A DNA stretch of 24,661 nt from Halodesulfurarchaeum sp. (GTDB lineage Archaea > Halobacteriota > Halobacteria > Halobacteriales > Halobacteriaceae), in NCBI GenBank assembly GCA_042216015.1, contig JBDGUI010000037.1, positions 1-24,661 on the forward strand, given 5' to 3'. The notes beneath the pieces were generated by a model. That model did not search any database. It saw only the letters and a program-made list of their open reading frames with translations, and was not told the DNA's origin. How positions within the stretch are numbered: position 1 is the first letter of the stretch; every line of letters begins with the position of its first letter. This document shows, one piece after another, positions 1 to 7,839 of this stretch. The translations under genes and the position numbers were made by a program.

Positions 1-63
1 GACAGCGAGTCTGGCGGGGCGCGGTTCGAGATTACTGGTGTTGCGACTGCTGCTGCTGAATAG
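1..63 (+). CDS. 3' end of a sensor histidine kinase (HATPase_c C-terminus), partial
   Basis: Frame 1 reads DSESGGARFEITGVATAAAE*, the typical haloarchaeal kinase tail. It is nearly identical to the tail of the kinase at 14490-16259 (EGESGGARFEITGV). Confidence 0.8.
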   Translation, partial: DSESGGARFEITGVATAAAE

Positions 64-173
64 ACCGCTCTATATTCAGCAACAAAGAATATCCAATATC
101 AGTTTTCACACCAATTCCAGACGGAATCAAATAGTCTGTCTCAGCAGGCCCCAATATCAATCGACTACTCGCC

Positions 174-533
174 TCAAAAGAAATCAGTCACCGGCCGGCT
201 TTTCCCGCTCCCCCCGCGGCCGCCCTGGGTCCGGTCGATCCCCATGTAGTTCTCGGGCTGGTCGACCGCCCAGTCGTCGTTTCCGAGGTACTCCACCCTT
301 ACGGTGGTGATCGCCTCGAACTGCCGGGTGAGTTCCGTCTCGAGCGTCTGTTCGGTGGTCTGGCTGATCCCACACCCCGAACAGGCCCCGCCGAGTTCCA
401 CGACCACCTCGCCCCGGTCGCGGTCGACCTCTCGGACCGCGCTCGTGCCACCGTGGGACTGGATCCTGGGCATCTGGACCGAGAGCCACGACTCGATCCG
501 CGACTCGAGTTCTTCACTCGTCTCGTCGGTCAT
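174..533 (-). CDS. NifU/Nfu-like domain protein (Fe-S cluster carrier family)
   Basis: ATG at 533 gives MTDETSEELESRIESWLSVQMPRIQSHGG...VVVELGGACSGCG, with the NifU_C HGG and GACxGC motifs. The upstream extension of the 242-aa ORF is not protein-like. Confidence 0.85.
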   Translation of the reverse strand: MTDETSEELESRIESWLSVQMPRIQSHGGTSAVREVDRDRGEVVVELGGACSGCGISQTTEQTLETELTRQFEAITTVRVEYLGNDDWAVDQPENYMGIDRTQGGRGGSGKSRPVTDFF

Positions 534-742
534 TGTCCCTCGTTGGCAACCCAGGTATGGAAAGGTTGTGTTCGCGGCGTGGGGGGCCGGGCTTCCGTCC
601 CGAACCGCCACCTGAGGGTCGGCATCCCGGAGGGGGTTGGGAGAAGAGGAGGGGAAGGCATGGAGGGGATGGGGTGGAAAACCCCGATCGGCGCACGCGG
701 CAATGAAAACTCGTTTTACCGCCCAGGGGAGAGCCCCACGTG

Positions 743-1639
743 ATGCAACGGGCGACCCGTGGGGTGAGTCTTGCGCTGATCTCGGCGCTGGGCTTTGGCA
801 CGCTCGCCATCTTCGGCCGCCTCTCCGAGCTGGTCGGGCTGTCGCTCCCGTCGCTGCTCGCCTTTCGCTTCGCGCTCGCGACTCCCCTCGTCTGGCTTCC
901 AATTCTCTACCGTGGGCGACTCGAGCGGCTGACGGGCCGGGATCTCGGGATCGCCGTACTCCTCGGGGCCGGCGGGTACGCCGCGATGAGCTTCCTCTTT
1001 CTCACCGGCGTCAACCTCGTCGGTGCTGGGCTGGGAGCGATCGTGCTCTACATCTACCCCGCGCTGGTCGTGGTCCTCGCCGCGGTCTTCCTCGCGGAGC
1101 GGGTGACGAAACTCATCGTCGCGGCGGTGGCGGTCGCCGTCCTCGGGGTCGGCCTGGTCGTCAACGGCCAGCCCGCGACCGTGAACCTCCGCGGGATCGG
1201 GACTGTGCTCCTCGCGGCGATGGTCTATGCCGGGTACATCACCCTCAGCGGCACCATCCTCGATCGGGTGCCGGCGACGGTCCTGACGGCCCACGTCATC
1301 CCGGCGGCCAGCGTTACTTTCATCCTCCATGGGATCCTCACCGGTTCAATTCAGGCCCCGGCCACGCCAGAACAGTGGGGCGTGGTCCTCGGCATCGCCG
1401 TCTTCGCCACGGCGATCCCGATTCTCACCTTCTTGGCCGCGGTCACGCACATCGGGGCCAGCCGGACGAGCATCGTGAGCACGCTCGAACCGGTGTTCAC
1501 GGTCCTCCTGGGGACACTGCTGCTGGGAGAATCACTCTCCCCGATCTCGATCGTCGGCGGGTTAGCCGTTCTCTCGGGGGTATTTCTCGTCCAGTACGAA
1601 CGCGCCCGCGTCGGCGATCCCGAGGATTCGACACGGTAG
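743..1639 (+). CDS. EamA/DMT family transporter
   Basis: About 10 hydrophobic helices in two repeats, with motifs LLAFRF, YIYPALVVVLAAVFLAER and STLEPVFTVLLGTLLLGE. Start is ATG 743 (or GTG 740), with TTTTAC at ~715-720 upstream. Confidence 0.9.
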   Translation: MQRATRGVSLALISALGFGTLAIFGRLSELVGLSLPSLLAFRFALATPLVWLPILYRGRLERLTGRDLGIAVLLGAGGYAAMSFLFLTGVNLVGAGLGAIVLYIYPALVVVLAAVFLAERVTKLIVAAVAVAVLGVGLVVNGQPATVNLRGIGTVLLAAMVYAGYITLSGTILDRVPATVLTAHVIPAASVTFILHGILTGSIQAPATPEQWGVVLGIAVFATAIPILTFLAAVTHIGASRTSIVSTLEPVFTVLLGTLLLGESLSPISIVGGLAVLSGVFLVQYERARVGDPEDSTR

Positions 1640-1812
1640 CTTGGGACGAGGGGGAATGAACCCTCCTGCCGATTTCACTGTCGGACATTCCCGGAAATGG
1701 GGATTTGGGCGGTTCCCCAGACCAACTGGACGGCCGAAGATCGGGACGGGTTCAGGTCGGCCCAGCACCGCGACCGACAGACCTACCCCCGACCATCCGC
1801 TATCCGCCTCCG

Positions 1813-4761
1813 ATGAGCGAGGAGACTATCGAGGTCCGCGGGGCGGCCGAACACAACCTCAAGGACCTCGACGTGTCCATTCCGCGGGAGACCCTCACCG
1901 TCGTGACGGGGCTCTCCGGGTCGGGGAAGTCCTCGCTGGCCTTCGATACCATCTACGCCGAGGGCCAGCGACGGTACATCGAATCCCTCTCCGCCTACGC
2001 CCGGAACTTCCTCGGGCAGATGGACAAGCCGCAGGTCGAATCGGTCGAGGGGCTCTCGCCGGCGATCTCGATCGACCAGAAAAACGCCGCGAACAACCCC
2101 CGGTCGACGGTCGGGACCGTCACCGAACTCCACGACTACCTCCGTCTGCTCTATGCCCGGGTCGGCACCCCGCACTGTCCGGAGTGTGGCCGCGAGGTCG
2201 GCGAGCAGAGCCCCCAGCAGATGGTCCGCCGGATCTTCGAGTTCCCCGAGGGCACCCGCGCGAAGATCGCCGCGCCGATCGTCCGGGACCAGAAGGGCGC
2301 CTTCGAGGACCTGTTCGAGGAACTGCTTGGCGAGGGATACGCCCGTTGCGAGGTCGACGGAGACCCGTACGACTTGGCAACTGAGACGCCGGATCTGGAC
2401 GAGAACTACGATCACACGATCGACGTGATCGTGGACCGGGTGACCGTCCGCGAGGACGCCCGGTCGCGAATCACGGACTCCGTCGAGACCGCCCTCGAGG
2501 AAGCCGACGGGATTCTCAAGGTCATCCTTCCGGACCCGCCCGAAGCGGTGGACGTTGGATCGACGGCCCGGTCGACCGGCGATCTGGCAGCCGACGACGC
2601 GGACCCATCGGCCGCCGTCGAGTTCTCCGAGGACCTGGCCTGCACGCACTGCGGCATCGACCTCCCGGAGATCGAGACCCGGTCGTTCTCCTTCAATAGC
2701 CCGCATGGTGCCTGTCCGGAGTGTGAAGGGATCGGGGAGACCAAGGAGGTGAGCGAGGACCTGGTCGTGGTCGATCCCGAAAAGCCCCTCCGGTCGGTCT
2801 TCGAGCCCTGGAGTTACAACCGCTCGTACTATCGCAACCTGCTCGACAACGTGGCCGAGCACTTCGGCGTGAGCGTCGATACCCCCTTCGAGGACCTGAG
2901 CGAGGAGGTCCAGGAGGCGTTCCTCTGGGGGACGAGCGAGGAGGTCCACTTCGAGCAGCAGACGAAAAACGGGGTCCGACACAAACAGGAGCAATTCGAG
3001 GGGGTCATCCCGAACCTCGAGCGTCGCTACGTCGAAACGGACTCCGATCGGGTGCGAAACCACATCGAGGACTACATGTCGGTCACCACCTGCCCGGCGT
3101 GTGAGGGCACGCGGCTGAAGGCCGAGAGCCGCGCAGTGCTCGTCGATGACACCTCCATCACCGAGGTGAACCGGATGAGCGTCAAGGACGCCCGGGAACA
3201 CTTCGAGGGGATGGAGGCGTCCCTCTCGGAGCGGGATCGAACGATCGCCGAGGAGATCCTCAAGGAGATCCGCGCCAGGCTCGGGTTCATGGAGGAGGTC
3301 GGCCTCGATTACCTCACCCTCGACCGGGAGGCCTCGACGCTCTCGGGCGGGGAGAGCCAGCGCATTCGGCTGGCGACCCAGATCGGCTCCGGGCTGGTCG
3401 GCGTGCTCTACGTGCTCGATGAACCCTCCATCGGCCTGCATCAGCGGGACAACGACCGCCTGCTCGACACGCTCGAGGAACTGCGGGATCTCGGCAACAC
3501 GCTCATCGTCGTCGAACACGACGAGGAGACGATGTGGCGAGCGGATTCGATCGTCGACCTGGGCCCCGGGCCGGGCCGGCATGGTGGGGAGGTCGTCGCC
3601 CACGGCGACCCGGAGGAGTTGATGGCCGAACCCGATTCGATCACGGGGGAGTACCTCGCGGGGCGAAAGCAGATCCCGGTTCCCGAAACGCGTCGCGAGC
3701 GGGATGGGGTCCTGATGGTCAGGGGTGCCCGCCAGCACAATCTCGAGGACCTCGACGTCGAGATTCCGCTCGGCGTCTTCACCGCCATCACCGGCGTGTC
3801 GGGATCTGGCAAGTCCACCCTCATGCACGACGTGCTCTACAAGGGGCTCGCACGACGGATGAACGACAACACCTCGGTCGACCCCGGCGAGCACGACGCC
3901 ATCGAGGGCACCGAGGCGATCGAGTCGGTGCGGCTGATCGACCAGTCGCCCATCGGTCGAACCCCGCGATCCAATCCCGCGACGTACACCGGCGTTTTCG
4001 ACTACGTGCGCGAGCGGTTTGCGGAAACCAAACTCGCCAAACAGCGGGGCTACGAGAGGGGTCGGTTCTCGTTCAACGTGAAGGGTGGTCGATGCGAGGC
4101 CTGCGGTGGCCAGGGAACGGTCACGATCGAAATGAACTTCCTCTCGGACGTGCAGGTGCCCTGCGAGGAGTGTGGCGGGGATCGCTACAACGACGAGACC
4201 CTCGATGTGACCCTCCGCGGAAAGACCATCGCGGACGTCCTCGACATGACCGTCGAGGAGGCGCTTTCCTTTTTCGAATCCGACTCCCGGATCAGCCGGC
4301 GGCTCAAACTCCTCTCCGATGTCGGCCTCGATTACATGCGTCTGGGCCAGCCCTCGACGACCCTCTCGGGCGGGGAGGCCCAGCGGGTCAAACTCGCGGA
4401 GGAACTCGGCAAGCGGGACTCGGGAGAGACACTCTATCTCCTCGATGAGCCCACGACTGGGCTGCACAAGGCCGACGAGCGAAAGCTGATCGACGTGCTC
4501 CACCGCCTCGCCGATCGGGGTAACTCGGTCGTGGTCATCGAGCACGAACTCGACCTGGTGAAAAACGCCGACCACGTGATCGACCTCGGGCCCGAGGGCG
4601 GCGAGAACGGCGGCGATCTCGTGGCGACTGGCACCCCCGAGGCGATCGCAACGGTCGAGGTCTCCGCGACGGGACAGTATCTCCGGGACAAGCTTCCGGC
4701 CGTCGACCTCGACGGCCCGCGGGCCGGTGAACGGCCGACGAGCCGGGCACGTGGGGATTGA
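1813..4761 (+). CDS. uvrA: Excinuclease ABC subunit A
   Basis: Two ABC ATPase modules ([47 protein letters not shown]), zinc-finger CxxC pairs and an N-terminal [12 protein letters not shown]. Start placed at ATG 1813. Confidence 0.97.
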   Translation: MSEETIEVRGAAEHNLKDLDVSIPRETLTVVTGLSGSGKSSLAFDTIYAEGQRRYIESLSAYARNFLGQMDKPQVESVEGLSPAISIDQKNAANNPRSTVGTVTELHDYLRLLYARVGTPHCPECGREVGEQSPQQMVRRIFEFPEGTRAKIAAPIVRDQKGAFEDLFEELLGEGYARCEVDGDPYDLATETPDLDENYDHTIDVIVDRVTVREDARSRITDSVETALEEADGILKVILPDPPEAVDVGSTARSTGDLAADDADPSAAVEFSEDLACTHCGIDLPEIETRSFSFNSPHGACPECEGIGETKEVSEDLVVVDPEKPLRSVFEPWSYNRSYYRNLLDNVAEHFGVSVDTPFEDLSEEVQEAFLWGTSEEVHFEQQTKNGVRHKQEQFEGVIPNLERRYVETDSDRVRNHIEDYMSVTTCPACEGTRLKAESRAVLVDDTSITEVNRMSVKDAREHFEGMEASLSERDRTIAEEILKEIRARLGFMEEVGLDYLTLDREASTLSGGESQRIRLATQIGSGLVGVLYVLDEPSIGLHQRDNDRLLDTLEELRDLGNTLIVVEHDEETMWRADSIVDLGPGPGRHGGEVVAHGDPEELMAEPDSITGEYLAGRKQIPVPETRRERDGVLMVRGARQHNLEDLDVEIPLGVFTAITGVSGSGKSTLMHDVLYKGLARRMNDNTSVDPGEHDAIEGTEAIESVRLIDQSPIGRTPRSNPATYTGVFDYVRERFAETKLAKQRGYERGRFSFNVKGGRCEACGGQGTVTIEMNFLSDVQVPCEECGGDRYNDETLDVTLRGKTIADVLDMTVEEALSFFESDSRISRRLKLLSDVGLDYMRLGQPSTTLSGGEAQRVKLAEELGKRDSGETLYLLDEPTTGLHKADERKLIDVLHRLADRGNSVVVIEHELDLVKNADHVIDLGPEGGENGGDLVATGTPEAIATVEVSATGQYLRDKLPAVDLDGPRAGERPTSRARGD

Positions 4762-4855
4762 ATCGGTCGGATCGTTCCCGGACCGCTCCGTCTCTTCGAA
4801 TGGACCGTCCCGGATCGATATCCCTCTTCGAATCGATGCCTCCGGATCGGGGCGA

Positions 4856-5533
4856 CTAGTCCTCGTTTCGTTGGCCCTTGGCTCGCTCGGCCGCAGCAAG
4901 GTACTCCTCGAGCAATGCCGGAAACTCCCGGCCACGGAGGTACCGGAGGCCGAATTCCTCGGCCCAGTTGATGATCCCGGCGTCCTCGGTGACGACGCCG
5001 GCCTCGAGTTCGCGGGCCAAAACGAGCAGGTCGAAGTCCTCGCGGGAGTCGAGGATCCCCTGTCTGAGCGTCCGTCGGTACTTGTCCCGAAGTTCGGAGA
5101 TCACCTCGTCGGTGGCGGTCTTGTACTCGTGGTCGCCGAGTTCCTCGGCCTCTGTCTCCTGAGCCTCGCGCACCGCACGCTCGGAGACCCGGAGTCCGCG
5201 ATCCACCCGGTCGGACATCTCTTGGACGAACTCGTAGACCACCTCGGCCGGAATCATGACCTCGTAGTGGGCGGGGTTCTTCCGGATGATCCAGGTGTTG
5301 AGCCGTGAGATGAGTTCGGGGCTCAACGAGCGGTCCTCGAGCATCCTCAGGAGTTCCTCCTGGATCGACGGGGGCATGTAACAGGAGATGCCCAATTCCA
5401 GCTTCGCGTTCGCGATGAGGGTGATGAATCGCTCGAGCGCCGCCTCGAGATCCTCGTCGTCCTGACGGATCTCCCCGGTGAGGAAGGCCGAGGTATCGAC
5501 GACGAATCGCTGTTTGAGAGGTTCCTCCGGCAT
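4856..5533 (-). CDS. Protein-only RNase P, HARP (Aq880 homolog; PIN-like 'RNA ligase partner' MJ0950/UPF0278 family)
   Basis: N-terminal RFVVDTS, then CYMPPSI, a [11 protein letters not shown] spike-helix region, [17 protein letters not shown] and VVTED. The expected catalytic aspartates are all present. ATG at 5533. Confidence 0.88.
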   Translation of the reverse strand: MPEEPLKQRFVVDTSAFLTGEIRQDDEDLEAALERFITLIANAKLELGISCYMPPSIQEELLRMLEDRSLSPELISRLNTWIIRKNPAHYEVMIPAEVVYEFVQEMSDRVDRGLRVSERAVREAQETEAEELGDHEYKTATDEVISELRDKYRRTLRQGILDSREDFDLLVLARELEAGVVTEDAGIINWAEEFGLRYLRGREFPALLEEYLAAAERAKGQRNED

Positions 5534-5652
5534 GGGTGACACTTCGACAGCCGGGGGTAAAGTTCAACCGGCAATTTCGGCGCCTGCCTGGCCACTGGTG
5601 GGGCCCCTCGGGCCGGCGGACCGCTTTTTGCCTCGCCTCCCGTACCCGGGGT
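5534..5652. promoter_or_regulatory. Divergent promoter region shared by HARP and the RNA ligase
   Basis: 119-bp spacer. Minus-strand GAACTTTACC lies ~25-30 nt before the HARP ATG and plus-strand CTTTTTG ~25-30 nt before the ligase ATG, consistent with leaderless transcripts. Confidence 0.5.
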
Positions 5653-6756
5653 ATGGACGAGGCCGCCCTGTTCGACGTCGATACGGGGGATCTCGAGGCG
5701 ATCCGAGAGGCGATGAACACCGAATCGTATCGGGGACGGACCTACCGGTCGCTGAGCCGTCCGGTCCGGGGAGTCGAGCGGGGAACCGTCCGCATTGCAG
5801 ATACCCTCATCAGGGGCTACCCCAGTACCCCACGGGTCCTGGTGCTCGATCCCGGGGTCCCGACGTTCTTCGACGGGTCGATCGCGATCGAGGAGAAACT
5901 CAACGGCTACAACGTTCGGATCGCCCACGTCGGGGAACCGCTCGCGTTCACGCGCGGGGGCCACGTCTGTCCCTACACGACCCGGGTCGCCCGAGCACAA
6001 CTGAACCTCGAGGGGTTTTTCGCCAGTCATCCAGAACACATGATCAATGCGGAATTCATCGGCCCGGAAAACCCGTACACGGCGGCCGACTACGATGTCG
6101 ACTCGATCGAGCCGCGGGTCTTCGACGTTCGACACCGGGAGACGGGTCGTCCGCTCCCCGTCGAGGAGCGGCGGTCGATGGCCGACCGATTCGGATTCCC
6201 CCAGCCCGAACTGTTCGACGTCGTGGACGTCGAATCGGCCGTCGAGGTGATTCGGGACGTGATCGAGGACCTCGATGCCCGTGGCCGGGAGGGCGTGGTC
6301 ATGCAATCACTCGACGGGCGAGACCTCCTCAAGTACACGACGTCTTCCCAGCACCAGTCCGACCTCGAAATGGCCTTTTCGCTGCCTTTCGACTATGGGC
6401 AGGACTTTCTCTTCCCACGACTGGTCCGAGAGGGATTCCAGGCGGTGGAGTTCGAGGAGGACGAAGCGACGGTGCGCGAGCGCGCCCATCGACTCGGTGA
6501 GGCGATCCTCGAACCGATGGTCGAAACGATCCGAACCGTACAGGCGGGCGAGCCCGTCGGGGAGCGACACACCGTCCGGGGCAGTGAGAGCGCGATCGCC
6601 GAACTCCTGGCCCACTTCGACGAACAGGGACTCCGCGTCGAGATCGAGCGGGACCGTCGACTGGGGGACGAACGGGTGGTGGAACTCGTGAAAATCTCGG
6701 ATGCGACCCGGGACAAGATCGAACACTTTCTCGACGGCGGGACGATCGATCGGTGA
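5653..6756 (+). CDS. ATP-dependent RNA ligase, Pab1020/Rnl3 family
   Basis: IRGYP..PR, motif I EEKLNGYNVR, FTRGGHVCPYTT, motif III NAEFIGPENPY, IIIa VFDV, IV GREGVVMQ, V LKYTT, and a C-terminal region with FDYGQDFLFPRLVREGFQ. Confidence 0.92.
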   Translation: MDEAALFDVDTGDLEAIREAMNTESYRGRTYRSLSRPVRGVERGTVRIADTLIRGYPSTPRVLVLDPGVPTFFDGSIAIEEKLNGYNVRIAHVGEPLAFTRGGHVCPYTTRVARAQLNLEGFFASHPEHMINAEFIGPENPYTAADYDVDSIEPRVFDVRHRETGRPLPVEERRSMADRFGFPQPELFDVVDVESAVEVIRDVIEDLDARGREGVVMQSLDGRDLLKYTTSSQHQSDLEMAFSLPFDYGQDFLFPRLVREGFQAVEFEEDEATVRERAHRLGEAILEPMVETIRTVQAGEPVGERHTVRGSESAIAELLAHFDEQGLRVEIERDRRLGDERVVELVKISDATRDKIEHFLDGGTIDR

Positions 6757-6871
6757 GGTTATTCGTATCAGTCATTCTACTGTTTCGATCGGAAAACGGT
6801 GTTAGTCGCTTCAATTCGGTGTTTATTGATTCGTTGCCATCACCTGTAAATCAGATAGGTCAATTGCCCTT

Positions 6872-6902
6872 AGAAAGTGTTAATATGACATACGTCATAC
6901 GT
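6872..6902 (+). promoter_or_regulatory. Archaeal BRE/TATA promoter with an overlapping palindrome, upstream of the candidate ncRNA
   Basis: AGAAA (6872-6876) then TTAATA (6880-6885), 20-25 nt before the 5' strand of the terminal stem. Perfect inverted repeat TATGAC-ATAC-GTCATA at 6884-6899. Confidence 0.65.
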
Positions 6903-6904
6903 TC

Positions 6905-7349
6905 ACATCCCCCTTGGAACGCCACGGGGGCACACTGGACGCCAACGTCCCGGATCGAAAGATCGAGACGGGGCGAGGTAGAGGCCACAACCAAAACGCC
7001 CGTAACAGGGCGGCAAGGTCACAGGTCTCGAAGGAGAACCGCACCGACCCGCCGTCGGGCCGCCATGGCGGTCGGAACCGAAGGCCAAGTACCGGAGCAC
7101 GCGTAAGCGGGCTTCGCGAATATCGACGGCAACGCCGGTGAAAATCCGGCTCACGCCAGCTCACCGGGCACGGCCGGATCCCGGATGAATCCGCTCGCTT
7201 CGCGAACGGAAATCCCGGTGCCAAACCGGGCAACGCCCGAGCTGGCAAGACCCGGTGAGAATCCGGGTAACGCCGTCGCGGGCCGTAAGGGTCGGGGACA
7301 ACGTCTCCCGTCCGGGCCTCAACCGTGCCGTTCCGTTCTGGGGTGTTTT
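6905..7349 (+). ncRNA. Large structured noncoding RNA of unknown family (~445 nt)
   Basis: Ends pair: ACAUCCC 6905-6911 with GGGGUGU 7340-7346, and GGAACG-C-CACGG 6916-6927 with CCGUG-C-CGUUCC 7323-7334. Nested long-range helices 6981-6986/7315-7320, 7044-7050/7289-7295, 7124-7130/7272-7278, 7155-7162/7239-7246 and 7163-7168/7214-7219. GAAA and GUAA tetraloops, two T-loop hairpins, a promoter upstream and a U-tract downstream. No credible ORF. Confidence 0.78.
7346..7349 (+). terminator. Short U-tract immediately after the closing stem (putative archaeal terminator)
   Basis: TTTT directly at the end of the 3' strand of the terminal helix. Confidence 0.4.
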
Positions 7350-7539
7350 CCAGTTCCCGGAGTGTCGGCTCCACCGAGGGGCGTTTCGCCCAATCCACGG
7401 ATCCGTGTTGTCAATTCTCCCGTGTTCGTCCCGCCCTCTTGACACTTCTCCGGTCACTCATTCCATCTCCAATGTTCGGGTGCCAGCCATGCGTGCCATG
7501 ACTCCAATGCTCAATGGGAACCGGCGGGACATCACGGGC

Positions 7540-7677
7540 ATGGTCGAGCCAGGACGGACCGTCGAGGTCCACTACACCGCCCGGATGGTCGATGGGCCGG
7601 ATGCCGGCGAAATCGTGGACACCACGGACGTGGACACCACGGACAGCACGGACGATCGACAACGAGGGAGGGGTTAG
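7540..7677 (+). pseudogene. Truncated FKBP-type (SlyD-like) peptidyl-prolyl isomerase N-terminal fragment
   Basis: MVEPGRTVEVHYTARMVDGPDAGEIVDTTDVD resembles the FKBP N-terminus (VxVHYTG/A...GEVFDTT). Similarity stops at a tandem duplication and the ORF ends after 45 aa. Confidence 0.7.
7614..7643 (+). repeat. 15-bp tandem duplication CGTGGACACCACGGA x2, followed by a degenerate partial copy
   Basis: Read directly at 7614-7628 and 7629-7643, then CAGCACGGA. Confidence 0.85.
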
Positions 7678-7839
7678 CCTGGCCAAGCGAAGTGACGATA
7701 GTGGCTGAACGGCAGGGGCACCGCCTCGCGAATGGGGTTTCCACCGGTGTCAGTTTACGGGCGGTTACATCGAAGAGGGAGAAGACGGAGCGTGCCTCGT
7801 CTCAACCTTTTTCGGCGTCTGGCCCCTCCGGGGTAATGC

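Noticed and set aside
1783..4935. 1050-aa minus-strand ORF
   Set aside because: Antisense shadow of uvrA, caused by high-GC codon bias.
6905..7346. Bulge-helix-bulge splicing motif in the terminal stem of the ncRNA
   Set aside because: The internal loop (CCUU opposite GUUCU) does not fit the 3-4-3 BHB geometry, so EndA processing is not supported.
6905..7349. Identity as RNase P RNA, SRP (7S) RNA, tRNA, C/D guide or rRNA fragment
   Set aside because: No GAGGAAAGUCC / ACAGAA..GGCUUA P4 strands, no SRP helix-8 CAGG..GGAA..AGCAG motif, no canonical cloverleaf with a GUUCRA T-arm, and no RUGAUGA/CUGA boxes. GGUGARAAUCC resembles 23S rRNA T-loops, but the flanks do not follow rRNA sequence. Checked by eye only.
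6753..7539. ORFs 6753-7106, 6895-7398, 6914-7141, 7161-7457, 7185-7442 and the 5' part of 7255-7677
   Set aside because: Arg/Pro-rich, non-acidic and without recognisable domains. The region is better explained as structured RNA plus intergenic DNA.
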